DNA of 63,407 nucleotides, filler included, from Rhabdomonas costata (lineage: Eukaryota): the NCBI GenBank assembly GCA_019059605.1. It is 57 parts of 57 records of this genome, joined end to end, with 100 filler letters (N's around TTAATTAATTAA, not from the genome) between each part and the next. Parts side by side here need not be neighbours in the genome. Positions count along the whole stretch, not along the records: positions 11,143 to 12,153 come from JAHMHO010033496.1; positions 12,254 to 13,271 come from JAHMHO010033497.1; positions 13,372 to 14,385 come from JAHMHO010033498.1; positions 14,486 to 15,499 come from JAHMHO010033499.1; positions 15,600 to 16,613 come from JAHMHO010033500.1; positions 16,714 to 17,727 come from JAHMHO010033501.1; positions 17,828 to 18,841 come from JAHMHO010033502.1; positions 18,942 to 19,956 come from JAHMHO010033503.1; 49 more parts are not named here. One strand, given 5' to 3'. Under the pieces are notes generated by a model. That model did not search any database. It was not told where the DNA came from and saw nothing but the letters and a program-made list of their open reading frames with translations. The position numbers were made by a program, and so were the translations under genes. Shown in pieces: positions 11,685 through 23,866 of the stretch (positions are counted from its first letter, which is position 1; every line of letters begins with the position of its first letter).

Positions 11685-12140
11685 TCACTTTAAGTTCTTT
11701 TCGATGTCCGTGAGGGCTATGTGCAGCCCTTTGAGATCGGTGGATTCCAGGAACTTACCACGGCCACATTCAGCCATGGCCTGGAGCTCCTTATCTTCAC
11801 GAGTCCGGATGTCGTCTCCGAATCCAATGGTGAAAAACGAGGCATCCATGACTTCAATCAAACTCAATATCTCCTCTTCGTTTCGATGGACCCGTTCACC
11901 AGGGGTAAACGGTGAGGCGAAAAGGTCTCCGTCGATGCCATCGGAAAGAAAAACGATTACAATGCAAAGCAATTGTCGCAGTTGTGCCCATTCCATCGAG
12001 AACGCTCTGAACAGCTTTCATCGCAGGCAAGAAGTGGGTTTCATTGCGAATCTCTTCTCGAAGGATCTCGTCTCGGCGGTGGTACACGTCAATCAATGGC
12101 ACGGAGTTGAGCACAGTACTCGACTTGTCGTTGATTGACG
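11685..12140 (-). pseudogene. von Willebrand factor A (vWA) domain coding segment with an apparent frameshift
   Basis: Downstream frame IVIVFLSDG...FFTIGFG...LQAMAECGRGKF is the vWA C-terminal half. Upstream NDKSS...ETHFLPAMKAVQSVL is in a different frame, switching near 11965-11995. Pseudogene or sequencing error. Confidence 0.6.
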
Positions 12141-12259
12141 TGAACCACCACACNNNNNNNNNNNNNNNNNNNNNNNNNNNNNNNNNNNNNNNNNNNNTTA
12201 ATTAATTAANNNNNNNNNNNNNNNNNNNNNNNNNNNNNNNNNNNNNNNNNNNNTGTGGT

Positions 12260-12481
12260 TTGGCGTATCCCGCGGGGCAGGCGTGGCACTGCGGGTCCAG
12301 CAGGGCGGAGTAGTACCCCACGGGGCAGGGCACACTCCACGTTTGGTTATAGCACGCGTATCCCTGGGGGATAGACACACATAAAGAGAAACAGACACAC
12401 TTTTTCACACATTTTCTAAACTCATCGCCACATACTGTGTGAGAATAAGAAAAAGTCAGGACAACGCGTATTTCATAACCA

Positions 12482-12532
<51 letters not shown>

Positions 12533-13100
12533 CGGGTAAGGGGTCTTTCGCGCACGAAAAGTCTGAGTTCTACCCTGACCTGACGATAGGATCGATGAAG
12601 AGGCGGAAAACTTCCTGATAGGTTGTTCATACGAATGCAAGCCGAGCTCTCGGAATCTCTTCTTGCACCCAGACTGAGTGAGATTGGGCTGATGAGAACA
12701 ACCATTAAAAGTGAAAGAGGAAACACAATTGCACCACGGCGTCAGAGATGAAGAGGCGGTAGGTAAACGACTTGGAGCAGCCACAGAGGCTTGTTGCACC
12801 AGTTGAAATTATTTTGGGCAATAGGTCATGTGATGCGGTACGATATGACATAATACGATACCATACGACATAACTACAACTCATACGTGCATCACAAGTA
12901 AAGCAGGTGTGCAGGCAGGTCGTGGGAGCACACCGCCGGGCATGGGGTACAGGCCGCGGAGCCCCGCGGGGCGTAGTGGGTGGATGGGCAGGGAACCGGG
13001 GCCTGGGTCGGGTCTGGGCACATGTTGCCCGCGGGGCAGATCACACAGGTCCCCAGCACGCTGTACGTGCCCGCAAGACAGGTGGTGAACGTGACGTTGC
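12260..13100 (-). CDS. Cys-rich GCC2/GCC3 (ephrin-receptor-like) repeat surface protein, two exons
   Basis: Exon 13100-12934 (TCLAGTYS...CPAGNMCPDPTQAPVPCP...CTPCPA), GT-AG intron 12933-12364, exon from 12363 (GYACYNQTWSVPCPVGYYS...CHACPAGY). The splice restores a CPA|GY repeat. Confidence 0.85.
12482..12533. repeat. (CAA)n microsatellite inside an intron
   Basis: About 17 perfect units, read directly. Confidence 0.95.
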
Positions 13101-14786
13101 CTGCGAATTGCGGAAACAAATGAAAGAAAAGAAAAAGAAAGAAAAGAAATCCGACCCACCAGCCTGGGGCAAAGTATAGCAGGCTACACCGTAAATCGAG
13201 AGTTTACAAACTTACGTATTCACCAAGACACAGCATATGCTACCCAAGCCCAGCGGCATAAAAACACACACNNNNNNNNNNNNNNNNNNNNNNNNNNNNN
13301 NNNNNNNNNNNNNNNTTAATTAATTAANNNNNNNNNNNNNNNNNNNNNNNNNNNNNNNNNNNNNNNNNNNNGGTGGTGTGGTATGGGGGTGAGATTGCTA
13401 CATCGGCCTTGCGGTATTTGCATTGGAGAACTGTTGAGGATGCGGTACATCTCTATCCCGAAAACTGTCGGTGCAACGCCCTCTCGTGGTGGTTGGCATG
13501 GGCCAAACGGGATTTTGCTTCTACTCTGCGTCTTTTGTGCCGTGCGCCCATGTGCACGTTATGATGCAGATTTTTCTTCCATGCGACTGCGACATTGGGA
13601 TAGCCTGATTTTTTCAAGGAGGTGCGCAGAAGTCCTGCGGGGCAAATGCATGCTGCTGAAAAGCTTAAATCTGAACTGAAAAGTTGGAATGAGGAAATGG
13701 CAGAGACCCAAACAAAACAATTGGTAACAATTGGCCAGTTTGCGGAAAAACTTTTTACAAACCACGCACGACCATCGGCGGACCCTCGTGGTGACCGAAT
13801 GTCATTAAGAACATGATGCCTAACTCAGCCGCCCAGTGCCGGGAAAGGGGGAAGGGGGAAGGGGGAAGGCGGCAACCCCCCGGCAGCCGCGCACTGGCCA
13901 TGGCCCAAGCAGTTAACGCTGGCATTGCAGAAGGCGGACTCTCCCTTGCTGAGCGTGCACTTTAACAGGAGCATCGCGTCCGTGGCATGCAACAAGGAGG
14001 CCTTGGCGGCGCTCAGGTGCCCACAAAAGCCTACACGCCCAGAAACACAGCTGTTTGCGGTGCTCATCGGGAGGGGAGGTGGGGAGGGGGAAAAGGGCCT
14101 CTTGTATGAGGAGGGAGGGTTCGCTAAGGGTCAGCACCACTAAACGTTTAACACTGCTAAACGTCATAAATTTAACATCCCCCAAAAAGTGTCTGACTCG
14201 GATGTTTAGCTCGGCAAAACGTTTTGCAGTGCTAAACGGAGCATCGCCCACCCCACGTTCTCACAATCCATCGCGGCGCCGCGGCGCGGCGCCGGCCTTT
14301 GAATCGAATCCCTTTCGTATGGCCGTCTCCTGGGAACCGTTCATCGCCCTTGCGTTCTGACCTAAACGTTTAACGCCCACCCCCCNNNNNNNNNNNNNNN
14401 NNNNNNNNNNNNNNNNNNNNNNNNNNNNNTTAATTAATTAANNNNNNNNNNNNNNNNNNNNNNNNNNNNNNNNNNNNNNNNNNNNGGGAGGGTGGCACCA
14501 CATAAGACTGAGGTTATTCTAACAAGGAGACTAGGTATACCGTGCGCGTTTATTGCACGGTGGCCAATGTCCAGTGTCACACGAGCCGCCCTTTGGATGA
14601 GATTAACTTCAAATTAAGAGGCTGGATATGTCTTTCGCACTTCTTGGTATCAAATTGTTGAACGCATGCCCCCGCCCACCCACGTGTGTTGTGACAATTG
14701 GGGTCTGAGAAAACAGACCCCCTCTCGCCTTTTCGCGCTCGGTCGCCTCTTCTGTTGTCTCGTCCACGCGGTATTGTGCGGCGCAC

Positions 14787-14956
14787 CCTGAAGAAGCCCC
14801 GCACGCCCTCCGCGGCGTAGATCTCGGCCACCACAGAGCGCGCTGTGCGCTGCGCCAGGGGCCGCGTGGGGTCCTGCATCTTCTGCCCCACAATCTCCGG
14901 CACCACGCCCAGGGTGTAGTACACCAGGTTGGAAATCGTGCTGGCCAGGAAGGGGC
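14787..14956 (-). CDS. Mitochondrial carrier (SLC25) family exon
   Basis: PFLASTISNLVYYTLGVVPEIVGQKMQ...ARSVVAEIYAAEGVRGFFR contains the carrier EG.RGF.(R)G motif. Acceptor catgcAG, donor GTgcgc. Confidence 0.85.
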
Positions 14957-17900
14957 CTGCATGGGGGTAGGGAGGCTGTACTTACCACTACATCACAGAC
15001 TCGAAAGGGGTTGGATCTGCCTTAGGGGCATTCATAGAGACTGAGCTAGCACAGGCGTTTGCGACTGAACCCAAAAACACGCTCGAGTGGAAAATGACTC
15101 TGGAATCGTCCACCATTTCCGCTTTTTTTGTCTTCATCCAGTTTAAACGAAGGGAAAAGGAACCACACGCATAAGAGCTGATAAACTTCTAACTTCACTA
15201 CACAAGGTGACTTTTTATGGAATCTCACTTTCCACCACTGGGCTCCTTTGGGCAATTTTGGCAGCCCCAATCGGCAACCTGAGTCACAAAGTCCTGACCG
15301 CAGCCTTGGAAACTCTCAAGTAACGCGTTTTGATGATTACTCTCAGGGAAACGAACCTTGTGCGCTCGTACACTGTCCTTCAGCCACTTTTACCTCGCGA
15401 ATCCGACTTCTCGTTCCCACATACAAACATACACCGGCACCCACACATATACCGGAGTACAGGAAGGTAAAGGAAGTGCGAATGAAAATCAAAATGATAN
15501 NNNNNNNNNNNNNNNNNNNNNNNNNNNNNNNNNNNNNNNNNNNTTAATTAATTAANNNNNNNNNNNNNNNNNNNNNNNNNNNNNNNNNNNNNNNNNNNNT
15601 TTGTGTTCGGTCCGCCCTTTCTCCGGTAAAGGGCCTCTCCTACGCATCCAATTGATTCCTCTTAAGTACTGGTCAGCCTAGTTTTGGAGACCATGGCAGC
15701 AATCACAAAATTGGGTAAAAAGAAAAAGGGCCACGTGCTTTGCTTGCACTTGATGTGTTCTTGTCTGCTAAATAGGGGTGGTGAGGTCCGCAGTTATTTG
15801 GCGAGTCGAGAAAGTCTCTCCTCCACCTTAGAGTGCCTGTGTCTCCCGTTTTGTCTCGGGGATCAACGTTATCCCCTTATCTGGTTTGGCAGTGCGTCCA
15901 TGAGACCTTTCCGAACAAGGGAATGGAGCATGGGTCAGATTACCATCAAGAGCTGGAGGGGTGGGCTTCCCCCCTTGTAGTGCTGGTCGACAGAACGCTG
16001 TTAAAAGCATCCAAAGCGTGGGAAAATGATGAGGAAGAGGGGGGAGGTACCTGAGGCCTTCACACTGTTTGGGCTATTTTGTCAGCGGGAAGTTCGCTGT
16101 ACCTATGATAATAGCGAATGTTCTGGGCCGAGTCATTGGGGGAAGAGGGGGCTTTTCCGCAGCCACTCTCAAATTTAGTGCTGCGATTCCCAATGACTCA
16201 TATACGAGTTTTTACGAAGTTTGGTTTGCATGAGTCTAAAAATAGGAGAAAACACGAATTTTGCCATCATACAAATGTATTGGACGGCATAAAATTTCGT
16301 TCCCGTAATTTGTGTGTGTGTGTGTGTGTGTGCGGGAATACCTCGCCTGCCTGTCAGAGCTGAGGGCAGAGGTGGGTAAAGATTTGCATCTTTAAGAGTG
16401 AAGGGGATGCAATACGAACTTTACGAAATTTGCGGATTATTTCGAGCCAAATTTAGGGCGAATAATACGAATCTATGGGGACCCTCCCCCCTAATGCGTG
16501 GATCTCCTAAATATACCATTCTGTTCCAAGCGTACTTCTCGAAAATGACCGTTGGACGCGGCGACATACATCTCGGGTACTTAGACACATTTGAGGAATT
16601 CTAACGGGGTGTCNNNNNNNNNNNNNNNNNNNNNNNNNNNNNNNNNNNNNNNNNNNNTTAATTAATTAANNNNNNNNNNNNNNNNNNNNNNNNNNNNNNN
16701 NNNNNNNNNNNNNGGGGGTGTGGAGGCTTGCATTCCCATCTCTTCTGGCGGCCTGGGTATCACTGAACCCTAGAGCATGAGCGCACCTGCGTTCCTGCAC
16801 TTCGCTTCCTTGCCGGCGTTCCTGTCTTCCGTGTCTGAGGTTCTGCAGAAGGCGTTTCGTCAGGCAATGGCGACCGTTGCCCTTTCCACAGTGCGCGGAC
16901 AGATGCTCTCGTTCGCTTACTTTGTTGTACTCGACTCCCCTCAGGCCCAGAGGTGTCACCTCAGCCCGCTGGGAGAAACCTCACTGTCTCCAAGCCTTCA
17001 AAGGACGCGTGCTTGGCGGTTCAGCCGGAGCTAGGGAAAATAAGCCCAGAATTGTGTGAGGCCGTCGCCGTCCGATGGCGGGGAAGTACCTCGCTGTTGC
17101 AAAAGAGAAGGCAGGAGTTTGACGCGTTGTTTTGGTTGGTAACCACCCTTATGCGCGACCTAATTGAAAACGAGGCGTTCCTACGTCGGACCTTGATGTG
17201 TGCACGCATAAGCTGAGGGAGAGCTCACGAGGGGGCACAGGGAAGGCAAACCGCTGCGTGTACATGAGTGAGTTGTTATGCTGACGTTTCGACGTGTGGA
17301 AGTGTGGAAGCGCTCTCGCGAGACTGATCTTTTGGCGTTCACAACATTTTCGGAAAAAGGTTGTCCTGGGCGCACTCACGTGAGCTCGCGTTGACTCCTT
17401 TCCTCAGGCAGGTTGCTGTTTCCTTTGCCCGCCTGACGAAAGTTCCCCTAAAGACGCTCATCAGCTTTGTTGAGAAGCAAAGTGAGTAGCGAAAAGGGAG
17501 CGGGAGTGATGCAGCGTTGTGCGTTTGATGGTCTACTCTGCATATAAAGGAAGGAAAAAGAACAGGGTTTGGGACAGAACGCGAAGGAGAATGTCGGGAG
17601 CAGGCAGGGGTTCTCGGTGCACGAACGCACGCTTGGAGAAGGTCATGGCATACGAGCTGTCCAAAGTTTCAGGCTAAGACCCCACTAATTTAGCAGTGGC
17701 TGATAAACCGCAACCTCCTCCCAAAACNNNNNNNNNNNNNNNNNNNNNNNNNNNNNNNNNNNNNNNNNNNNTTAATTAATTAANNNNNNNNNNNNNNNNN
17801 NNNNNNNNNNNNNNNNNNNNNNNNNNNCCCGTGTTCGGATGATGGAGGACGGCGAATTCCAACCTGTGTAATCGTTTCCTCATATCAGGTCAATTAGTAT

Positions 17901-18110
17901 CGCAGGCACTGAAAGTCAGTGCGTATGTCTCGCATTTTGCGCCGTTAGAAGACAATGTACGCTTCAATCTGTCCTAACTTTGTGCTGGCACATTGCTGGC
18001 ACATGGTTTCCTGAATGGTTTCCTGAGGAACTGCTGGCACCTGCGCTTTTGTGTGTTCGGTTTAGTTTGTAGTTGGTAACGGGTGCTGTCCCCGCCCCTC
18101 TCAAAAATAG

Positions 18111-18266
18111 GGGAGGACAACCTGTGGATCGTGAAGCGAGCCCAGGACACCCACAGCCGGGATGCCCATGTCACGGCCAGCCTGGCTTGTGCAGTGCGAC
18201 TGATGGAGGTCGGGTCCTCGCGGGGGCTGGAAAGGGTGGCGCAGAAGTATGTCCATCGCCCGCTGA
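18111..18266 (+). CDS. Tubulin-tyrosine ligase-like protein (TTLL12-like) exon
   Basis: GEDNLWIVKRAQDTHSRDAHVTASL...VAQKYVHRPL parallels TTLL12 GEDNHWICKP...DTHVTKSL...VVSKYIESP. The 3' boundary is ambiguous (GT donor at 18247 versus similarity to about 18266). Confidence 0.75.
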
Positions 18267-18941
18267 TGCCCCCACCTTGCATAGTGCACAGGGAACAGGG
18301 ATGTCCTCACCTAGCCAGGTGACGTGGAATCCCACTCAGCTTGTCACACGTCTGGCCCAACGGGAAAACGTTTTGACTCACGGTTAGAGCATGCTGCCAA
18401 TGAGCCACTCTTTGTCCATAAAATGTCATAGGACCAGCATCTGTCGATTTTGTGCACAACTATTACGCCATAGCATCGCCGCTTTTCTTTGGACACCCAG
18501 GACACCCAATGCGTTCCATTCTACTCCCTCTTAAATCTCCGTCCCCGGTGGTGGAGCAGCTCGCATGTTCTTAAAAGTCTCGAACGGATTTTCTGGGGAA
18601 AAGTTGCTTGAGTTCAAGAAGGCACCCGCCAAGCCCCATACCTTGCAATCCCCGGGGGCCGACGCTGTAGCGACAGCAGACGGGACAGCCCTTCCGCAAA
18701 AACCACGCTGCGCCCAGAGCTCCTGGGTAAACCCCAGCGATGCCTCAGACAGCAGAGTGCTGACGCTGCGGCAGGCCTGATGGTCGGAGAGGCTGAGGTT
18801 CGCAAGGGCCCGGCACCCCCCACACCAAACACACCCACCACNNNNNNNNNNNNNNNNNNNNNNNNNNNNNNNNNNNNNNNNNNNNTTAATTAATTAANNN
18901 NNNNNNNNNNNNNNNNNNNNNNNNNNNNNNNNNNNNNNNNN

Positions 18942-19039
18942 AGGTGAGGTGAGGTGAGGTGAGGTGAGGTGAGGTGAGGTGAGGTGAGGTGAGGTGAGGT
19001 GAGGTGAGGTGAGGTGAGGTGAGGTGAGGTGAGGTGAGG
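18942..19039. repeat. (GAGGT)n pentanucleotide microsatellite at contig start
   Basis: About 19 perfect units. Confidence 0.95.
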
Positions 19040-19465
19040 AGTCGTTTGAGACGCCAAAGATCGGGTTCTATGCCCCAGGCAACGCCCCGAGAGGCGAGAG
19101 GGGAGGACTGACCTCGGCCCCTAAGACTGCACCGGCACCACTCCTTCGCCATATATCATAAAAATAAGTACCTCCAACAGAAGCAAACATCGAAAAGAAC
19201 ATCTACGATGCACAAAAACACTTCCCCAGGTTTCCCGTACAACCCCCTCATTCGTAAAAGAGCACATACCTCACACCTTTCTGAGATATACGACTGTTCG
19301 GCGCCCCCACTCCCCACTCCCCAAAAAAGGTTTCCGATTGGTACCGCAGCAGGGTGCAGCAAAAAAAAAGGTTCTGCTCATAAGATATTATGGCACTCAA
19401 GGCTGAGGGGAAACAGTGCGAGGGCCAGGGTGATTCGGGGAAAGGGAAAGGCAGGCCTTGCTCGC

Positions 19466-19744
19466 CGCGAGTTTCCCCATGGCCTTCTGCAGGGTGCGCA
19501 GCACGGTGGTCTTGCCCCCGCCGGCGGGCCCGACGAGCATCAGCCCGTGCCGTAGCGCGGTAATCGCTGATAGCTGCACGCACTTCTCCAGGAACGCCGG
19601 CCGGGGCTCCAGCATGGCCTCCGCAAGGGATTCCCGCAGGCCGGTGACCAGGGCGGTGGTGTCGGGCTCGGAGGCGTGCTGGCCAGGGAAGAGGTCCGCA
19701 AGGATCCCCTCGAACAGCACAATGTCGTCGCCCAGAAATTTCGG
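19466..19744 (-). CDS. Axonemal dynein heavy chain exon (AAA1 lid to AAA2 P-loop)
   Basis: PKFLGDDIVLFEGILADLFPG...KCVQL...RHGLMLVGPAGGGKTT. Acceptor catttcAG; donor probably GC. Confidence 0.95.
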
Positions 19745-20791
19745 CTGAAATGGGGAGGGAGATCGCGTGGGACGCAAAACGAGGAGCCAACACCGAGGAA
19801 AAGAGAACAGTTGCCATGGTCAGGCCTTCAATAAAATTGCAGCACGCAGGAAGCAAAGTTATGTCCCTGCAGCGGGGAACATGGGGAGTGGAACTATTGA
19901 ACGTTTTTGACCTTTTCACCTTCTCAAACCAGGCATTATCACTCTCACACGCAAACNNNNNNNNNNNNNNNNNNNNNNNNNNNNNNNNNNNNNNNNNNNN
20001 TTAATTAATTAANNNNNNNNNNNNNNNNNNNNNNNNNNNNNNNNNNNNNNNNNNNNGTTGTGTGGTGGCGCAGGCGGAGAGGCTCACGTGGAGGCAGGCC
20101 CCCCCGGCGACCGTTGAGATGGTGAGGGTCCTTCGGGAGTCCGGGGTGGTGGCCCACGCCGTGAAGGTACTGCAGGCGTCCTTACTGCTCCTCTCTCTTT
20201 TATTTTCTGTCTCATAACGTGTATTTGCAGGGAAATTCACTAACTGTTCGGAACCGCCCACCGTGGGACTCCTGAAAGGGTTATGCCGCCAGATTGTGGT
20301 ATCTTCCGAAAAAACCAAAATCGTTTGGGAAACATTTTATGGCCAGGATACCCATAAAAACCCATCGAACGAGTGTCGGCGAGTCCCAACTTTCCAGAGA
20401 AGAAGGCTGATGCGGGGGTTTGTGTGAGTGCATCACGCGTGCGGTGTGCGATACAATAAGCGTGGTGTGCATAAGTTTGCATGTTCGCACTCTAACTTTG
20501 GGATACGTGCAGAGCAGTTTCTCTCGTTTGCTCAGCACCGCTGGGAGTATAATTCCTTGGGATACTCTGAAAAAGGTTTCCAGGAGAGTGGATTTAGAGG
20601 GTGGATAAGAGGGGTGTCGGGAGAGCCCCATCGGCAGTGGATTTGGAGTCTAATTTTGTTGCAACTGTGTAGCATGTGTGGACCCAGCTCCTATCCCCGC
20701 GCTGCAGATTGTGAGCTCATCAGCCCACCACCCTTCACTGCATTTCTGCCGTTACGCTGCTTTCATCCCCACTCCCCATCATTTGCCTCAG

Positions 20792-20998
20792 CCTGAGGAG
20801 GGTGACTGCGTCGTCCGAGGCCCGGAGTGGAACTTTGGGGACGCGGACAGCGGTGCGGGGAAGCGAGGCGTGGTGACCGAGTTATTGGACCCCTACACCT
20901 TCAGCGATTGCATGGTGGAATGGGAGTCCTCCGGCGAAGAACGGTCGTACGCCTGCACTGCGGAGAATTGTCAGCTCCTCGTGGTCGACGCTGCAGAG
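20792..20998 (+). CDS. MIB/HERC2 domain exon
   Basis: GDCVVRGPEWNFGDADSGAGKRGVV...CMVEWESSGEERSY matches G.RVVRGPDW.WG.QDGG.G..G.V...V.W..G...Y. Bounded by cctcAG and GTcgat. A likely upstream exon ends at 20166 (AAG|GTactg). Confidence 0.85.
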
Positions 20999-23418
20999 GT
21001 CGATTTTACTCCTTTTTTGTGCACTCCTCCGTCAGTTTTCGGCGCCCCCCCACACCAAACACACCCACACNNNNNNNNNNNNNNNNNNNNNNNNNNNNNN
21101 NNNNNNNNNNNNNNTTAATTAATTAANNNNNNNNNNNNNNNNNNNNNNNNNNNNNNNNNNNNNNNNNNNNGGGGTGGGGTGTGTTTGGGTTTGTTTTTGT
21201 TCCGAGAATCCGAGGATGGGTGCTGAAGTGTCATGCCAGTCTCGGAACAAAAATAAACGTGAAGCTAACCAAAGGAGAATGTCCCATCAAGTTCAGTCCT
21301 GTAAGGTGTCAAGTAAATTGTATATCTCTCAGTTTCCCATTTGCTTGTCCCCACGCTTCTCAGCTCTTGTGTTCAGCGGACCTTGGACTTTCGTTCTATT
21401 GACATGATTGAATACAGGTTCGAGCCGAGTGATAACTTTGGTGCAGCTTCGATGCAAACCGCGCAGTGAGCACAGGAACTCAAACCGGGAGGATGAACCC
21501 CCTGGTGAACCCCTCCCCCCAGAACCTCGTCCACAGACACAGCAGGGTAAGCAGTGGAAAGGCACACCAGCGTTGTGGTCGTAGCAGACCACCTGGGAGA
21601 ACTGCACGCTTTCCTCACTCTCAGAACGGGCCCTAAACACGACCCCTCCCCCCGTAGCAATCATACACGAATGCAATCAGCAACGTACGGTGCTTAGGAG
21701 CGGCCTACAGAGGATGGTCCAAGTGACCAGGCCATTGCAACCTTCGTTTCAGCCTCAGCTACCCACCTGGTCTGCTGGCCTCCGCCTCGTGAAATAAATC
21801 CGATCCACTCGCATGCTAAAGACCAGCACAGGCTGGGGCAAGTCTACGCACACCTGTAGCGTCAGGCCGCTAGCTTCCAACCGCACGGGATTCTCTGCCA
21901 TGGAAACACTACTCGAAGAGGCGAAAACAAACCTTTTCGCTCGACTGGGACTCCGCGCGATCTCCCGGCGGCTCACCCGGCGCCTGCCACTGAACCCTGG
22001 AGAGGAAGCCGCCGCGCCGGTCTTTGCCTCAAAAACAGGAGCAGGCAGCGTGTCCGTCTCAGGAGGTCGCAACCACACCACAAGCTGCTCCACAGCCCTG
22101 CGAAGGTGCCCATTTGGGGAAGACGAGGACGACGATGAGGAGGAGATCGCGGTGGCGGCGGTGGAGGGTAACCCCCCACCCACCNNNNNNNNNNNNNNNN
22201 NNNNNNNNNNNNNNNNNNNNNNNNNNNNTTAATTAATTAANNNNNNNNNNNNNNNNNNNNNNNNNNNNNNNNNNNNNNNNNNNNGTGTTTTGTTTTCATC
22301 CATTTCGTCTAAATGAATGCGCATGTGGCTGATTTTCGAAGATTGGTCCGTTTTTACCAGAAAAACAACTAAGCTTCCGAGAATTCCCCACAAATTTTTA
22401 GCAATGACAGCATCACAATATTTTCGATATCATCACTAACCACACGAAAGGCACAGCAATGTCAGCAATAGCGACAAGCTTTTTGCGGTATTACATACAT
22501 AAAAAGCTACACATCAAGAAAAATAAAGAGAAAGCCGAAAATAGGAGGACAATTGGATTTCTTTAAGAATAAAGAGAGAGAGAGAGTTCACCACGAAAAC
22601 AAAGATTCACGGCGACATGTTGCCACCACCACCAAAATGAGAAGCACCTCTCGATGGCTTGATCATGGCGCGCCCGCAGAGCGGCGCGGATGCGGAAGCG
22701 GCGGTAGAAGGCCACGCCCATTCCCACCGTGGCCAGCCCAGCCAGAGGCAGAAGAAGCAGCCCAGACACCTTCAGCACGGTGTCGTTCGAGGGCATCGAG
22801 GACATCGAAGATACGGAGGAGTCCATCTCTTTTCTACTAGAGAAGGAGCCCTGGGGAAAATGTCCAAAGGTTCGAAGGTCACGCCGTACGACAGCTCAGA
22901 GCGGGACCCGCTGCGGTGGTATACTTACAAATGAATACTTGAGTGGGCGGCCTTCACCCTCTCTCAAACGGAGAGAAAAGACCCTGTAAGGTGCCCAGCA
23001 GCAGCGGCGCCCAGAGCCTACGGCGCGCAGGAGGGCATCAAGAAGATAAAAAAAGAAGAGACACAAGAGAAAAATGTTCTGCAAGGAAAGGAAAGTTGAA
23101 TATGCACGCTGGGCAGTCAACGGTACGTTTCCAACAACACCAACATATCTCCACCGCGGTGGGTGAAAAAAGTGTTTCCTCTGATGAATTCCAACCTTGA
23201 TATGAAACTGTAGCCTGTCGCCCGAATCGCTGACAGGACCCCCCCGCGCGCAACGCTTTCTCGGCACAACATTTACCAAAGGGTCGGCAGAGGAAAGTNN
23301 NNNNNNNNNNNNNNNNNNNNNNNNNNNNNNNNNNNNNNNNNNTTAATTAATTAANNNNNNNNNNNNNNNNNNNNNNNNNNNNNNNNNNNNNNNNNNNNGG
23401 TGTGGTGCAGCGCAGTAC

Positions 23419-23866
23419 ACTGCGCTGCACTACGCCGTGGAGAACCGCAATTACGAAGTGGTGAAACTCCTTTTGACCGCAGGTTCGCCGTTTCTTTTTG
23501 GACTGCAAGATTTTGCAAGATTTGGAAAATTTTTCCCTTGGGTCACAGCAGCTGCTCAAACTTTGATTTCGGATGTGCAAGTCGCAAAGCACTTCTCGTG
23601 ACCAGTTAACCTGTCCTGTTACAGCACAGTGCCGGCACGGCAGACACAAGAAGAGGAGGGACCTGTGTTACTATGGAGGAAAGGGAGGGAACGTCCGAAA
23701 GTTTAGTTTATCTTTCATTCAGTTTTCTTACAGGACTTACTTCATAGGGTCTTTGTGTTGGTTTTAGGCGTTGACATTGACCGTCCAAACGCTCGCGGCG
23801 AAACCCCGTATGACATTGCCGTCATGAGGCAGGACAGGGGGATCATGAGGCTTCTCAGCGTTGGAC
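23419..23866 (+). CDS. Ankyrin-repeat protein, two exons
   Basis: Exon to 23482 (TALHYAVENRNYEVVKLLLTA), GT-AG intron 23483-23767, exon 23768-23866 (GVDIDRPNARGETPYDIAV...). The splice yields a canonical ankyrin junction. Missed by the ORF track. Confidence 0.9.

Noticed and set aside
16777..17216. Two overlapping helical-looking ORFs
   Set aside because: No recognisable motif or consistent splice signals.
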